The notes beneath the pieces were generated by a model. It saw only the letters and a program-made list of their open reading frames with translations. It did not search any database and had not been told where the DNA came from. From assembly GCF_963921235.1 (NCBI RefSeq), contig NC_086109.1, positions 22,756,001-22,820,000 of the forward strand: a stretch of DNA of 64,000 bases, read 5' to 3'. This DNA is from Mobula hypostoma. Its lineage: Eukaryota. The position numbers were made by a program, and so were the translations under genes. Of this stretch, positions 51,261 through 63,119 are shown one piece after another (the stretch's first letter is position 1; each line of letters begins with the position of its first letter).

Positions 51261-51789
51261 GTTCAACACTACTGTCTGCTCCAAATTTTCAGATCGTATG
51301 TGCCCCTACTCAAGTTCTTGTCAGCTAGAGTGGTGCGGTGGCTGGCCCAGATAGGTTGAACTGGAATGGAGCCAAGAGTTTTAATATTACGATTAAGGAG
51401 TATGAAATTATTTTTCCAGTGGGTGTTGACTGGTTCACTGCCCCTGATGAATTCACCCTGTTTTCTGGCTCTCAATGGGCTGGAGCTTTGGGTGAAGTTG
51501 GCTTTTACAGTACTGAAAGGTTTACATATGGCTCAGCAATGTTATATATGACTGGCAAAGCTGCATGGTTTTTCCTTCACTACTAACTGTGGATCAATGG
51601 AATGCACTCATTCTTGTATGTTAGAAGCAGTGGTTAGACAGCGAGAGAAAAGATCACAAAACCCAGGCTAATGTTTCCTTCTGCATTAATGAAGGATTGC
51701 TACACTGCACAGGCTGGCATCTTTTTGTGAGACCTTCTGAATGATCTGCACTCAGATATGGACCCAGAACATCCACCATTTCACGGTTT

Positions 51790-52030
51790 AGTCTTCCAAA
51801 GAGAAGCATTAGAGCTCTCCCCAGTACCCAAGTCAAAATTTATACCTCAACCAACTCTTGTAAAACAAATAATCTCATCACTATCATAACAGTGCTTTGG
51901 GGACTAGTTATATGCAAATTGACTGAATACGTTTTTAGAAAAATTTGTAATTTTAAAAATGAGTTGTTTAATTGTCTATGAAGCATTTGCAGCATTCTGT
52001 GAAAGGCTCCAACAATGAAAGTTCCTTTTC
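51790..52030 (+). mobile_element. Ancient Deu-domain SINE remnant
   Basis: tttatacctcaaccaac..aaaacaaataatct..tgcaaattgactg resembles the 3' half of Deu SINEs (from recall). Confidence 0.5.
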
Positions 52031-52552
52031 TCTTTATGGGCTTTTGCATTCTCTTTAGTGCACCAGAGAATTCACTATATACTACCATAAGTTTCATTTT
52101 CTTGCAGGCATTCACAGCAAATACAAAGAAAGACAGCAGAATCAATGAAAAACCACACACAACAAAGACAGACAAACAACTAATATGCAGAAATATTAAA
52201 AATAATAATGATAAATAAATAAGCAATAATTATCAAGAACACAAGATTGTAGAGTCTTTGAAAATGAGTCCATAGGCTGCAGAATCAGTTTAGTGTAAGG
52301 CTGAGTGAAGTTGAGTGATAGTATCTCCTCAAGATTCTGATGATTGTAACTTGAGGGTATTTAACTTTTCTGCACCTGATGGTGCGGGACCTGAGGTTCC
52401 TGTACCTCCTTCCAGATGGCAGCAATGAGAAGAGAGCATGGTTTGGATGGTGGGAGTCCTTGATGATGGATGCTGCTTTCCTATGAGAGCGTCCTTGTAG
52501 ATGTGCTCACATTATCCTCATTATTGGACCTAATGCAAGAAGCCCTTTTCAA

Positions 52553-52770
52553 TGTGGCCAAGTAGTTAAGGCGTCCGTCTAGTGATCTGAAGGTTGCTAG
52601 TTCGAGCCTCAGCTGTGGCAGCGTGTTTGTGCCCTTGAGCAAGGCGCTTAACCACACATTGCTCTAGTGTCTGTGTGAGGAGTGGTGCCCCACACAGACT
52701 TCCAATCTGCACCTTGTAAGGCATGAAAATGCCCGATGCAGGCCTCTCATGGTCTGAGTCGACGTTCCCT
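52553..52770 (+). mobile_element. tRNA-Thr(AGT)-derived SINE with a CORE-like segment
   Basis: tRNA-like head, then gtgcccttgagcaaggcgcttaacc. Perfect 10-bp TSD CCCTTTTCAA at 52543-52552 and 52771-52780. Inserted in a CR1 3' fragment. Confidence 0.9.
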
Positions 52771-53438
52771 CCCTTTTCAACTGAGGTTAAGTGAGACTAG
52801 AACTAGAGGTCATTGGTTAAGGGTGAAAGGTGAAATGCTTAAGGCAAACATGAGGGGGAACTTTTTCATTCAGAAGCTAGTGAGATTGTGGAAGGAGTGC
52901 TCAGTGGAACTGAAGAAAGCGGTTCAGTTTCAATAATTAAAAGAGGTTTAGATAAGTACGTGGATGGAAGGGGTGAAGAGGCCAGGGTCCAGGTGCAGGT
53001 CGATGGGACTAGACAGAATAATAGTTCAGCACAGACTAGATGGACCAAAGGGCCTGTTTCTGTGCTGTAGTGCCCTGTGACTCTCATTGTGCTGACTGAT
53101 AGGCAGCAGCTCAGCATGAGCAAGATGGAAGGTCATCTGCCCACACACCTGCACTCCATTTCCCCATTGGGCTTAACACTGAGCCAGCAGTAACTTGCTG
53201 AAGGGAAGGATTAGATGATTTTGACATCTAACATATAATGTAGCAAAAGTGAGTGGGAAGTTGGATGATTTGAAAGTGTTTTAAAATCCAACAAAAGGCA
53301 ACTAAAAAGCTGTAAGAAGGGAAAAGATTAAATATGAGGGCATACAACAGGAATTCTGCAGATGCTGGAAATTCAAGCAACACACATCAAAGTTGCTGGT
53401 GAACGCAGCAGGCCAAGCAGCATCTCTAGGAAGAGGTA

Positions 53439-53480
53439 CAGTTGACGTTTCAGGCCGAGACCCTTCGTCAGGACTAACTG
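53439..53480 (-). ncRNA. Minimal type-I hammerhead ribozyme motif
   Basis: Minus strand reads CAGTTAGTC-CTGACGA-AGGgtctcggCCT-GAAAC-GTC-AACTG: conserved core, short stem II, loopless stem III and a GUC cleavage triplet. Confidence 0.75.
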
Positions 53481-53771
53481 AAGGAAGAGCTAGTAAGAGA
53501 TCTGAAAGTGGGAGGGGGAGGGGGAGATCCAAAATGATAGGAGAAGACAGGAGGGGGAGGGATGGAGCCAAGAGCTGGACAGGTGATTAGCAAAGGGGAT
53601 ATGAGAGGATCATGGGACAGGAGGTCCGGGGAGAAAGACGGTGGGGGGGGGGGAACACAGAGGATGGGCAAGGGGTATAGTCAGAGGGACAGAGGGAGAA
53701 AAAGGAGAGTGAGAGAAAGAATGTGTATATAAAAATAAATAATGGATGGGGTACGAGGGGGAGGTGGGGCA

Positions 53772-54263
53772 TTAGCGGAAGTTAGAGAAGTTAATGTTCA
53801 TGCCATCAGGTTGGAGTCTACCCAGACGGAATATAAGGTGTTGTTCCTCCAACCTGAGTGTGGCTTCATCTTTACAGTAGAGGAGGCCGTGGATAGACAT
53901 GTCAGAATGGGAATGGGATGTGGAATTAAAATGTGTGGCCACTGGGAGATCCTGCTTTCTCTGGCAGACAGAGCGTAGGTGTTCAGCAAAGCGGTCTCCC
54001 AGTCTGCATCGGGTCTCGCCAATATATAGAAGGCCACATCGGGAGCACCGGACGCAGAATATCACCCCAGCCGACTCACAGGTGAAGTGTCGCCTCACCT
54101 GGAAGGGCTGTCTGGGGCCCTGAATGGTGGTAAGGGAGGAAGTGTAAGGGCATGTGTAGCACTTGTTCTGCTTACAAGGATAAATGCCAGGAGGGAGATC
54201 AGTGGGGAGGGATGGGGGGGACGAATGAACAAGGGAGTCGTGTAGGGAGCGATCCCTGCGGAA
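53772..54263 (-). pseudogene. Penelope-like Cys-rich linker plus GIY-YIG endonuclease (N-terminally truncated, frame open)
   Basis: Reads FRRDRSLHDSLVHS..PCKQNKCYTCP..FTCESAGVIFCVRCSRCGLLYIGET..RFAEH..VATHFN..EEQHLI..GMN. Confidence 0.9.
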
Positions 54264-55081
54264 AGCAGAGGGGGGGAGGGAAAGATGTGAAATATGAGGG
54301 CATACTAGCCAATAATATAAAGTAGGGTACCAAAAGTCTTTTCAGTTTTATAAAGAGTAAAAGGGAGGTGAGAGTTGATATTGGACCACTGGAAAAAATG
54401 ATGCTGGTGAGGTAATAATGGGGGACAAAGAAATAGCAGATGAACTTAATGGGTACTTTGCGTCAGTCTTCACTGTGGAAGGCACTAGCAGTGTGCCACA
54501 GGTCCGTGACTGTCAGGGAGCAGGAGTGAGTGCCATTGCTATTACGAAGAAAAAGTCTTAGGCAAACGCAAAGGTCTTAAGGTGGATAAGTCACCTGGGT
54601 CAGATGGACCACATCCCAGAGTCCTGAGGGAGGTTGTTGAAGAGATAACAGATGCATTGGTCATGATCTTTCAAGAAACACTTGATTCTGGCACCGGAGG
54701 ATAAAATCCTACAGCATTACAGGAAAGATACTGGCATGGATAGCGGAATGGCTGACAGGCAGGAGCAGTGAGTGGGAATAAAAGGGGCCTTTTCTGGTTG
54801 GCTGCCAGTGACTAGTGGTTTTCCTCAGGGGTCAGTACTGGGACCACTGCTTTTCACATTGTTTGTCAATGATTTAGATAATGGAGTTGATGGCTTTGTG
54901 GCAAAGTTTGTGGATGATATGATGATAGGTAGAGGGGTAGGTAATGTTGTGGAAGCAATGTGATTGCCGCAGGACTTAGACAAATTGGAAGAATGGGCAA
55001 AAAGTGGCAGATGGAATACAGTGTTGGAAAAAGTACCATAATGCATTTTGGTAAAAGGAACAATAGTGTGGACTATTGTCT

Positions 55082-55249
55082 AAATGGGGAGAAGGATCAA
55101 ACGTCAGAGGTGCAGACGGGCTTAGGAGTCCTTCTGTTAGACTCCCAGAAGGTTAATTTACAGATAAATAGAGAGAAGGTTCAAACATCAGAGGTGCAGG
55201 GGGACTTAGGAGTCCTCGTGCAAGACACCCAGAAAGTTAATTTACAAAT
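55082..55249. repeat. 84-bp in-frame tandem duplication within CR1
   Basis: Units 55082-55165 and 55166-55249, about 14 mismatches by hand count. Confidence 0.9.
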
Positions 55250-55324
55250 TGAGTCTGTGGTAAAGAAGGCAAATGCAATGTTGGCATTTATTTCAAGGGG
55301 AATAGAATATAAGAGTAAATGAAT

Positions 55325-55570
55325 ATTTTTAATGTATTCATTTACGGGATGTGGACTATGCCAGTTAAGCCAGCATTTATTGCCCATCTCCAGTCGCCCT
55401 TGAGAAGGTGGAGATGAGCTGCCTTCTTGAACCGCTGCAGTCCCCGAGGTGTAGGTACACCCACAGTGCTGTCAGGGATGGAATTCCATGATTTTGACTC
55501 AGCGACAACGAAGGAACAGCGATATGATCCCAAGTCCAGATGGTGAGTGACTTGGAGGGGGAATTGGATG
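55325..55570 (-). mobile_element. L2/CR1-group LINE 3' end
   Basis: Minus tail gggcaataaatgctggc..ccacatcccgtaaatgaata. Frame reads SKSWNSIP..GLQRFKKAAHLHLL. Confidence 0.7.
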
Positions 55571-55982
55571 AGCTATGGGGCGTCAAAGTATCAGTTAGTG
55601 CAATCGCTTTACAACGCCAGTGTTCACCCACTGGGGTTTGATTCCCAACACTTCTATATAAATATAAAACAAATGCACACTTTGAGGACATAAGATTACA
55701 AGACAGAGGGTTAACGGGACTAGTGTGCTGACACAATATCGTAAATATCTTCAGTTTTCATAATAAATTCAAATATCAGGATTTGTAAACCTCTGGAGCT
55801 GAAATGAACTCGTATTAACGCTGTCATACATCTGAAGCTGAGCACTTTTTATCCTTAACAAGGGCAAAGCAAACCTGAATTTAAAAGTTCGAGCTGAAGT
55901 TTATACTTTGTAATAAATTACACAGTATTGTATTATGCGTCAACATCACAACAGGATATTTTCTTACATTTCTAGTGTAAAT

Positions 55983-56062
55983 CAGGGGTTCCCAACTTAG
56001 GGTCCACGGACCCCTTGGTTAATGGTAAGGCTTCGTGGTATAATAATGGCTGGGATCCCCCG
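55983..56062. mobile_element. ~80-bp hAT-type MITE
   Basis: Termini CAGGGGTTCCCAAC...GCTGGGATCCCCCG. TSD gtgtaaat/gtgttagt. Confidence 0.8.
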
Positions 56063-56121
56063 GTGTTAGTGGAAATAAGTGATAAACAGTGAAAGCAAAA
56101 TTGAGTGAAGTGATACGGTAT

Positions 56122-56123
<2 letters not shown>

Positions 56124-56176
<53 letters not shown>
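56124..56176. repeat. (TG)n microsatellite
   Basis: Perfect TG run of about 26 units. Confidence 0.99.
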
Positions 56177-56178
<2 letters not shown>

Positions 56179-57357
56179 ATGCAGTTATTTCCAGTATTTC
56201 CCCAGTTTCAGCTCGATATCCTGTGGGAAGGTAAGAAAAGGAAAGGTGTAGAAGGGTACTGCTAATTCTCCAGCACGCACTCTATCTGCATGCAGTGCCC
56301 TGCTGGAACCACAGGGCAACTGAATTAACACAGTTGTTGATCATGGAGTGCCTGAAATAGGGCGGTAAATGTAGCCACGGCCTCAGAGGAAAGAGTCAGG
56401 AGGTTCTGTGATTGAGTCCGGACTTTGCCTCACTGTGACTGGGGTCTACGGTGAACTCTTAGCTGCTTTATGTTAATCCGCTGCTCCCGCTTTCATCATC
56501 AGCACTGCGGGTGAGCTAGCACGCAGTGCACCATCGCTGAAGGCACAGCTGAGGCACCTATTAATACTCTTGACAACGGCGCCCAGCCAAGCCTGAAATG
56601 AAAACAAAATGAGCAGGTTCCTAAGCGTGTGGATGGGAAACCAAAGGGAAGGAAAAGCTGAGCTATGATCTGACAGCAGCAAAGCTACAGCTTAATACGG
56701 AATAATTGCGGTGGTAAAGCAAGGGGATTCACTTAACCCTTCAGTGTCTGCAGAAGAGCACATTCACATAGAAATAAAGGTGACTGAGTATTTCACAGAC
56801 CTCTTATTGTTAGGCAAGTGTCATAAAATATACAAAACAAAAACAAGAATGTTAAAACCAAATTGTTGCCAAACCAGGTGATAATGCAGCTCAACAGCAC
56901 ATGAAGAGAGGGAAATAGGCTCTGGAGGGCTAAATTCTGCGTAAGTTCAGGTTTACAATGGAGATCACAGCTAAGTGACAATTGGAATAATTAAGTAAGC
57001 AGGCTATAGAGAAATAGATCCAAGTTTCATGGATTAATAAATTGAGGCAGAGTGGAATTGGAAGACAGGCATATATGATCGTGATGATAGAAGAGGTTAA
57101 TATTTGGAAGTTCTTTTCACTGACAAATATTCCACCACACATGGTATCATGAACAATGCATAATTTAGGGTCTAACCATTATGGGAAGGATGAGAAGGCT
57201 TCAGAGAGAATGGAGAAGTCCTCAGAATGCAGCACGGATTAGAAGGTATTAGTGACGAGAGGTTAGACAAACAAATTTGTCAGAGACCTGACATTGGTGT
57301 AAAAAATACAGAGTCAAAATCTTTTTTCCCTGGTTTAGAAAGGACATTGCTTTAAAG

Positions 57358-57436
57358 CAGGGGCTCCCAACTTTTTTATACCATGGAGCAATAACATTAA
57401 GCAAGGGGTCCGTGGATCCCATGTTGGGAACCCCTG
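57358..57436. mobile_element. ~80-bp hAT-type MITE inside a CR1 fragment
   Basis: Termini CAGGGGCTCCCAAC...GTTGGGAACCCCTG. Same family as 3062-3142. Confidence 0.8.
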
Positions 57437-57689
57437 CTTTTCGAGAGGGGGCAAGTTTTTTATACAGAGAGTAGTAGATACCCGGAATGCACTACAAGAT
57501 CTCTACCTGTTGAAATGCCATCATAGTGTTTGCCTCTGCTTTCACCCAAAGTGGTGGTGGAAACAGACATTGTAGTGGGACTTGGGAGGCATTTAGACAG
57601 ACACATGTACATGAAGGATTGGAGGGATAGAAATAATATGCGGACATATAGGCTTCATTTAATTTGGCATCATGGTTAGCACAGACATA

Positions 57690-59277
57690 CAGTGCCTATA
57701 AAAAGTGTTCACCACCCTTGGAAGTTTTCATGTTTTATTGTTTTACAACATTGAAGCATAGTGTATTTGCTGTGGCTTTTTTTGACACTGATCAACAGAA
57801 AAAGACTTCCGTGTCAGTGAAAACAAATCTCTACAAAGTGACCAAAATTAGTTACAAATATAAAACACAAAATAGTTGATTGCATAAGTATTCACTCCCC
57901 CCCCCTTTAATATGACACACCAAATCATCACTGGTGCAGCCAATTGGTTTTAGAAGTCACATAATTGGTTAAAAGGAGATCTGTTTTGAGACCTATGTGC
58001 ATTCAAGGGGTTTCAATTGATTGTGGTAAAAATACACCTGTATCTGGAAGGTCCAACTGCTGGTGAGTCAGTATCCTGGCAAAAACTACACCATGAAGAC
58101 AAAAGAACAGTCCAAGCAGCTCCGCAAAAGGTTATTGAAAAGCATGAGTAAGGAGATGGATACCAGTAAATTTCCAGGTTACTGAATATCCCCTGGAATA
58201 AAGAAATGGGAAGAATATGGCACAACTGTAAATCTCCCTTGAGCAGGCTATCCTCAAAAACTGAGTGACCGTACAATAAGGGGACTAGTGAGGGAAGCCA
58301 CCAAGAGACCTATGACAACTCTAGAGGAGTTATAAGCTTCAGAGCTGAGATGGAAGAGACTGCACACACAACTGTTGCCTGGGTGCTTCACCAGTCGTGC
58401 TTTATGGGAGCATGGCAAAAAGAAAGCCACTGTTGGAAAAAAAAACTCACACAAAATCTCAGTCAGAGTTTGCCAGAAGGCACGTGGGAGACTCTGAAGT
58501 CAGCTGGAAGAAGGTTCTATGGTCTGATGAAACCTAAATTGAGCTTTTGAGCCATCAGACTAAATGCTATGTTTGGCATAAGCCAAACACTGCACATCAT
58601 TAAAAACACACCATTCTTACCATGAAGCATGGTGGTGGCTGCACCATGCTGTGGGGATGCTTACTGCAGCAGCCCTGGAAGGCTTGTGAAGGTGAGGGCA
58701 AAATGAATGCAGCAAAATACGGGGAAATCCTGGAGCAAAACCTGATGCAGTCTGCAAGAGAACTGTGACTTTGGAGAAGATTTGTTTTCTAGCAAGACAA
58801 TGACCCCAAGCATAAAGCCAAAGCTACACAGGAATGGCTTAAAAACAACAAATTTAATGTCTTGGAGTGGCTGGGTCAGAGTCCGGACCTCAATCAAATT
58901 GGGAATTTGTACCTGGACTTGAAAAGGGCTGTTCACTCAAGATCCCCATGCAATCTAACAGATCTTGAGCAGTTTTGTAAAGAAGAATGAGGAAAAATTG
59001 CAGTGTCCAGATGTACAAAGCTGATCCACACAAACTCAAGTCTGTAATTGCTGCCAAAGGTACATCTACTGAATACTTATGCAATCAATTATTTTGTGTT
59101 TTATATTTGTAATTAATTTATCACATTTTGTAGAGATTTGTTTTCACTTTGACACAAAGGAGTCTTTTTCTACTGATCAGTATGAAAAAAGCCAAATTAA
59201 ATCCACTGTGATTCAATGTTGTAAAACAATAAAACACGAAAAACTTGAAGTGGGGTGAATACTTTTTATAGGCACTG
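57690..59277 (+). mobile_element. Full-length Tc1 transposon (1588 bp) with ~200-bp IR/DR-type TIRs; transposase pseudogene at about 58093-59075
   Basis: Termini TA|CAGTGCCTATAAAAAGT...ACTTTTTATAGGCACTG|TA. Motifs MKTKEQSKQ, WSDET, KHGGG and [15 protein letters not shown]. Stops and frameshifts present. Confidence 0.95.
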
Positions 59278-60999
59278 TAGTGAGCTGAAGGGTCTGGTCC
59301 TGTGCTGCACCATGTTCTATGTATGGATTAGGAACAGGAGAAGGTTTTTTTTAAATAATGGACTTCTCGAGGCATTTAAACAAGGCAAGAGCAAAAGGGT
59401 GAAATTCCTGTCCTAGTTTCCCACTTTTCCCTGGCTTTATCATTTTTTGTAAATTGCTAAATTTCTAGCATCCATCAATTCTACTTGAATGTAATTTTTT
59501 AACTCCTTCACAAATACCATCTGATTGTCAGAGTGTATCCCAGCATTTTCTGTTTTTATCTCACTATCATTCTGTTGTTCCTGTATCCAATAACCGCACA
59601 TGAAAAACAGACCTCATTTTGCCCTTTATTTCTTTTTTTATTTGTGCTCTCACCCTTCTAGATCTATTAAGTAATTATACTGGTGTAGAAACAGAAGTGA
59701 AAATGACCCGAAATTGACCCTGCCCTCTATCTGAGAACATTAACACAGATACGGTGTGGGCAAGGGAAATAAGATAGCAAATTGCTAGTAAAATGAATAA
59801 AAATTAAATTTCTTTTGAAGTGTATTTTCTTATTGGACCTTATAGTTGTAATTTTGCAGCAACAAAAGGCGAACAAAAAGCTACAGCCTCGTCTTATGAT
59901 GATGAACCTGGCTGTGGGATGGAAAAATCTGCCTGGAGGTGAATCCTTACTCGACAATTCAGAGACAACGTCTGCCAGCACACGAGCACTGAGCTGTTGA
60001 AACGCTTCGTAATGTTTCTGCTGTTGTAAGCTGATCTCAGCTACTCGAGCTGTGGGGTCCACAGAGGGAACACCACAACTCATCAATAAACGGAAGCCTG
60101 AGAGCACAGTAACAGCTGTGCATTGCGTTAGTATGCACAACGTGTGTGTAACTAATGGCCTGCCAGTCAGTATACTCTGCACTAGAGTCTGCCATTTAAA
60201 CGTTCATATCTATAACCTCCCTCTTGTTTGTTACCTGTATGGAACAGAGTCCAGTGTGTATCAGATTTACTCCATATTTATTTAGATTCTGTGTTTCATT
60301 CTGCCTCATATGCATTCTCTTTGTCTCTGACAAGGCTGACCACCCTCTTCCAATAATTCTGCTCCATCCCTCAAATGCCTTCACCTGAATTCATTTGTTT
60401 AAAAAGTAACAAAATAAAATTGGCAGATGCAGGAAATATGAAGTAAAAATAGAAACTGCTAGAAACCTGAAGGATGGTCTCAGCCTGAAACGTCGATTGT
60501 TTACTCTTTACCATAGGTGCTGCCTGGCTTGCTGAGTTCCAGGTAGCAAGTAGCATCTGCTGAAAGAGATAATGTTTCAGGTCCTTGACGTATGACTGAA
60601 CTATTGAAGAACAGTTACTATCCCTCAACCATCAGGCTCTTGAACAAAAGGGGATAGCTACACTCATTTCAGGACTCTGTTATTTCATGCTCGTTGTTTA
60701 TTGCTATTTATTTACATCTACATTTGCACAGTTTATAGTTCCTAATGTTTACAGCTTACAGATACTGTTCTATAGATTTGCTAAGTATGCCCACAGAAAA
60801 AGAATCTCAGGGTTGTACGTGGTGACATGTATGTACTCTGATAATAAATTTGACCTTGAACTTTGAACTAGGACAGAGAAAATTAGCAGAGAAGGTGGGG
60901 AAGTATAGGTAGATGTAAAAGGAATATTTCTGATTGAGTGAGACCAGATGACTTAAAATAGAAATTATAAACTCATTATGCTGATGCTTATGGGCATTA

Positions 61000-62305
61000 T
61001 TCTGCCGGGAGGTCTATGACTACTAGTTTTCAGCAGAGGTCTGTTCTGGGAGTCCTGCTCTTTGTGATTTTTTTGAATGACAGATGAGGAAATGAAAGGG
61101 TGGGTTAGTAAGTCTGAAGATGTAATGAAGGTTAGGGGTGTTGTGGATAGTGTAGAAGGTTGTTGTACTTTACAGCAGAACACAGATACAATGCAGAGCT
61201 GAACTGAGAAGTGGCAGATGGAATTCAATCTGGGAAAGTGTGAAATCTTACACTTTGGAAGGTCAAACTTGAAGGCAAAGTACAAGGTTAATGGCAGGAT
61301 TTTTAGCGGTGTGGAGGAACAGAGGGTTTGTGGTTTTCACATCCATAAATCCCTCAAGGTTGCTGTGGTTAAGAAGGAATATGGCGTGTTGGCCTTCATT
61401 AGAAAGGGGATTGAGTTCAAAAGCTGTGAGGTACTGCTGCAGCTCTATAAAAGTCTGGTTAGACCACACTTGGAGTACTGGGTTCAGTTCTGGTCGCTTC
61501 ATTACAAGAAGGGTGTGGTAATATTAGAGAGGGCGCAGAGGAGATTTACCAAGGTGCTGCCCGTATAAAAGAACATGTCTTTTGAGGAACGGTTGAGTAA
61601 CCTAAAGTTTTTCTCTTCGTGGTGAAAAAGGATGAGAGGTGATTTGATAGAGGTGTATAACATCATGAGGCAAAGAGAGTGGACAGCTAATGGCTTTTTC
61701 CCCAGGATGGCAAGGGCATACTTTTAAGGTGATTGGAAGAAAGTATAATGGGGATGTCAGAGGTAGGTTTTTCACACAGAGTTGTAAGTGTGTGGAACAT
61801 ATTGTGGAGGCAGATACATTAGGGATATTTAAGAGATTTCAGGCTTCCATCGACAGGTACCTCCCGGTCTCCACACAGCTAACAGGAGTCACCTGCCAGT
61901 CACTTCCAGCTCATCACCTGCAGCCTATTTAAACCCAGCTCTTATCCACAGTCAATGTTCACTCATCAAACCTGCCAACCTCAACCAGTGACTCCTAACT
62001 TTCAGTTACCTTGTTACCAATGGACTTGGTCTCTGTTCTCTCTTGTTTTGTGGCCCCTTATGGCATATTACTTTGCAGATTACTATTAAAGTTATCGCTA
62101 ATCGCTGAATCGTATCTGCTGCTCTGCTTTTGTGTCAAGCCTTCTCTACGTTTCTGACAAGACACTCTTTGTTAGGCACATGGATGAAAAAAGATGGATG
62201 GCTATGTGGAAGGAAAGGGTTAGGTTGATCTTAGAGTAGGTTAAAAAATTGACACAACATCATGGGCCGAAGGGCTTGTACTGTGCAGTACTGTTCTATA
62301 TTCTC
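61000..62305 (+). mobile_element. Degraded CR1 RT/3' fragment split by a solo LTR
   Basis: Reads MEFNLGKCEILHFG..LVRPHLEYWVQFWS. Confidence 0.9.
61837..62159 (+). mobile_element. Probable solo LTR (323 bp)
   Basis: Termini t(t)tcagg...tctgaca. TATA-like tatttaaa at about 61926 and ATTAAA at about 62085. TSD agaga/agaca. CR1 resumes in register afterwards. Confidence 0.7.
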
Positions 62306-62444
62306 TGTTTCATTGTCTTTTGTATATGTTGCTCGTAGCAAGGTTATGAAATGTGACAATCAGACAGACTATACTAATGGAAGGAGACAGTGATGACAAG
62401 CAGACAGATAGAAAGTATCAATGACTTAACGTTCAGAATCAGGA

Positions 62445-62695
62445 TTTTATTTATTTATTGAGATAGGGCCTTCAAGCTGTGCTGCCAGCAATCCCCTGAT
62501 TTAATCTTGGCCTAATCACGGGACAATTTACAATAACTCATTAACCTACTAACCAGTACGTCTTTGGACTGTGGGAGGAAACCCATGCGGACACAGAGAG
62601 AACGTACAAACTCCTTACAGGCAGCAATGGGCATTGGACCCAGGCCACCTGTACTGTAAAGCGTTGTGCTAAACCACTATGCTACTATGCCACCG
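62445..62695 (-). mobile_element. V-SINE (HE1-like)
   Basis: Complete tRNA-like head, V domain and (taaa)n tail on the minus strand. Confidence 0.8.
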
Positions 62696-63119
62696 GATTA
62701 GTTTTTTATCACTAACGTGTCATGAAACACTGTTATGTGGAAGTGGTACAGAACATAGAAATCTACAGCACATTATAGTACAGGCCCTTCGGCCCACACT
62801 GTTGTGCTGACCATGTAACCTACTCTAGAAACTGCCTAGAATTTCCCTACTGCATAGCCCTTTATTTTTCTAAGCTCCATGTACCTACCTAAGAGTCTGT
62901 TAAAAGACCCTGTTGCTATCCCCCTCCACCACCATCGCTGGCAGTGCATTGCACACACTCCCCATTCGCTCTGTGAAAAACTTACTTCCGACTTACCCCT
63001 TGTACCCACTTTCAAGCACCTTAGAACTATACCCCCTCGTGTTTGGCATTTTGGCCCTGGGGAAAAAGCCTCTGGCTATCCACGTGCAATAAATACATTT
63101 TACTATAAATTACAGTAAG

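Larger units (their letters stand above)
53346..54289 (-). mobile_element. 5'-truncated Penelope-like retroelement
   Basis: Contains a GIY-YIG ORF. Perfect 16-bp TSD AAATATGAGGGCATAC at 53330-53345 and 54290-54305. Confidence 0.93.
53280..55320 (+). mobile_element. Degraded CR1 ORF2 fragment hosting the Penelope insertion; internal deletion near 54700
   Basis: Reads KSPGSDGPHPRVL and TSGFPQGSVLGPLLF..FVDD. Confidence 0.85.

Noticed and set aside
51290..51586. 82-aa ORF after an acceptor-like ttttcag
   Set aside because: Stops interrupt the frames from the acceptor, there is no good donor and the peptide is not recognised.
52553..52625. tRNA-Thr(AGT) gene
   Set aside because: The anticodon and acceptor stems do not pair properly, and it continues into a SINE body with a TSD.
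59896..59995. C/D-box snoRNA (ATGATGA...CTGA)
   Set aside because: No terminal stem and no recognisable rRNA guide.
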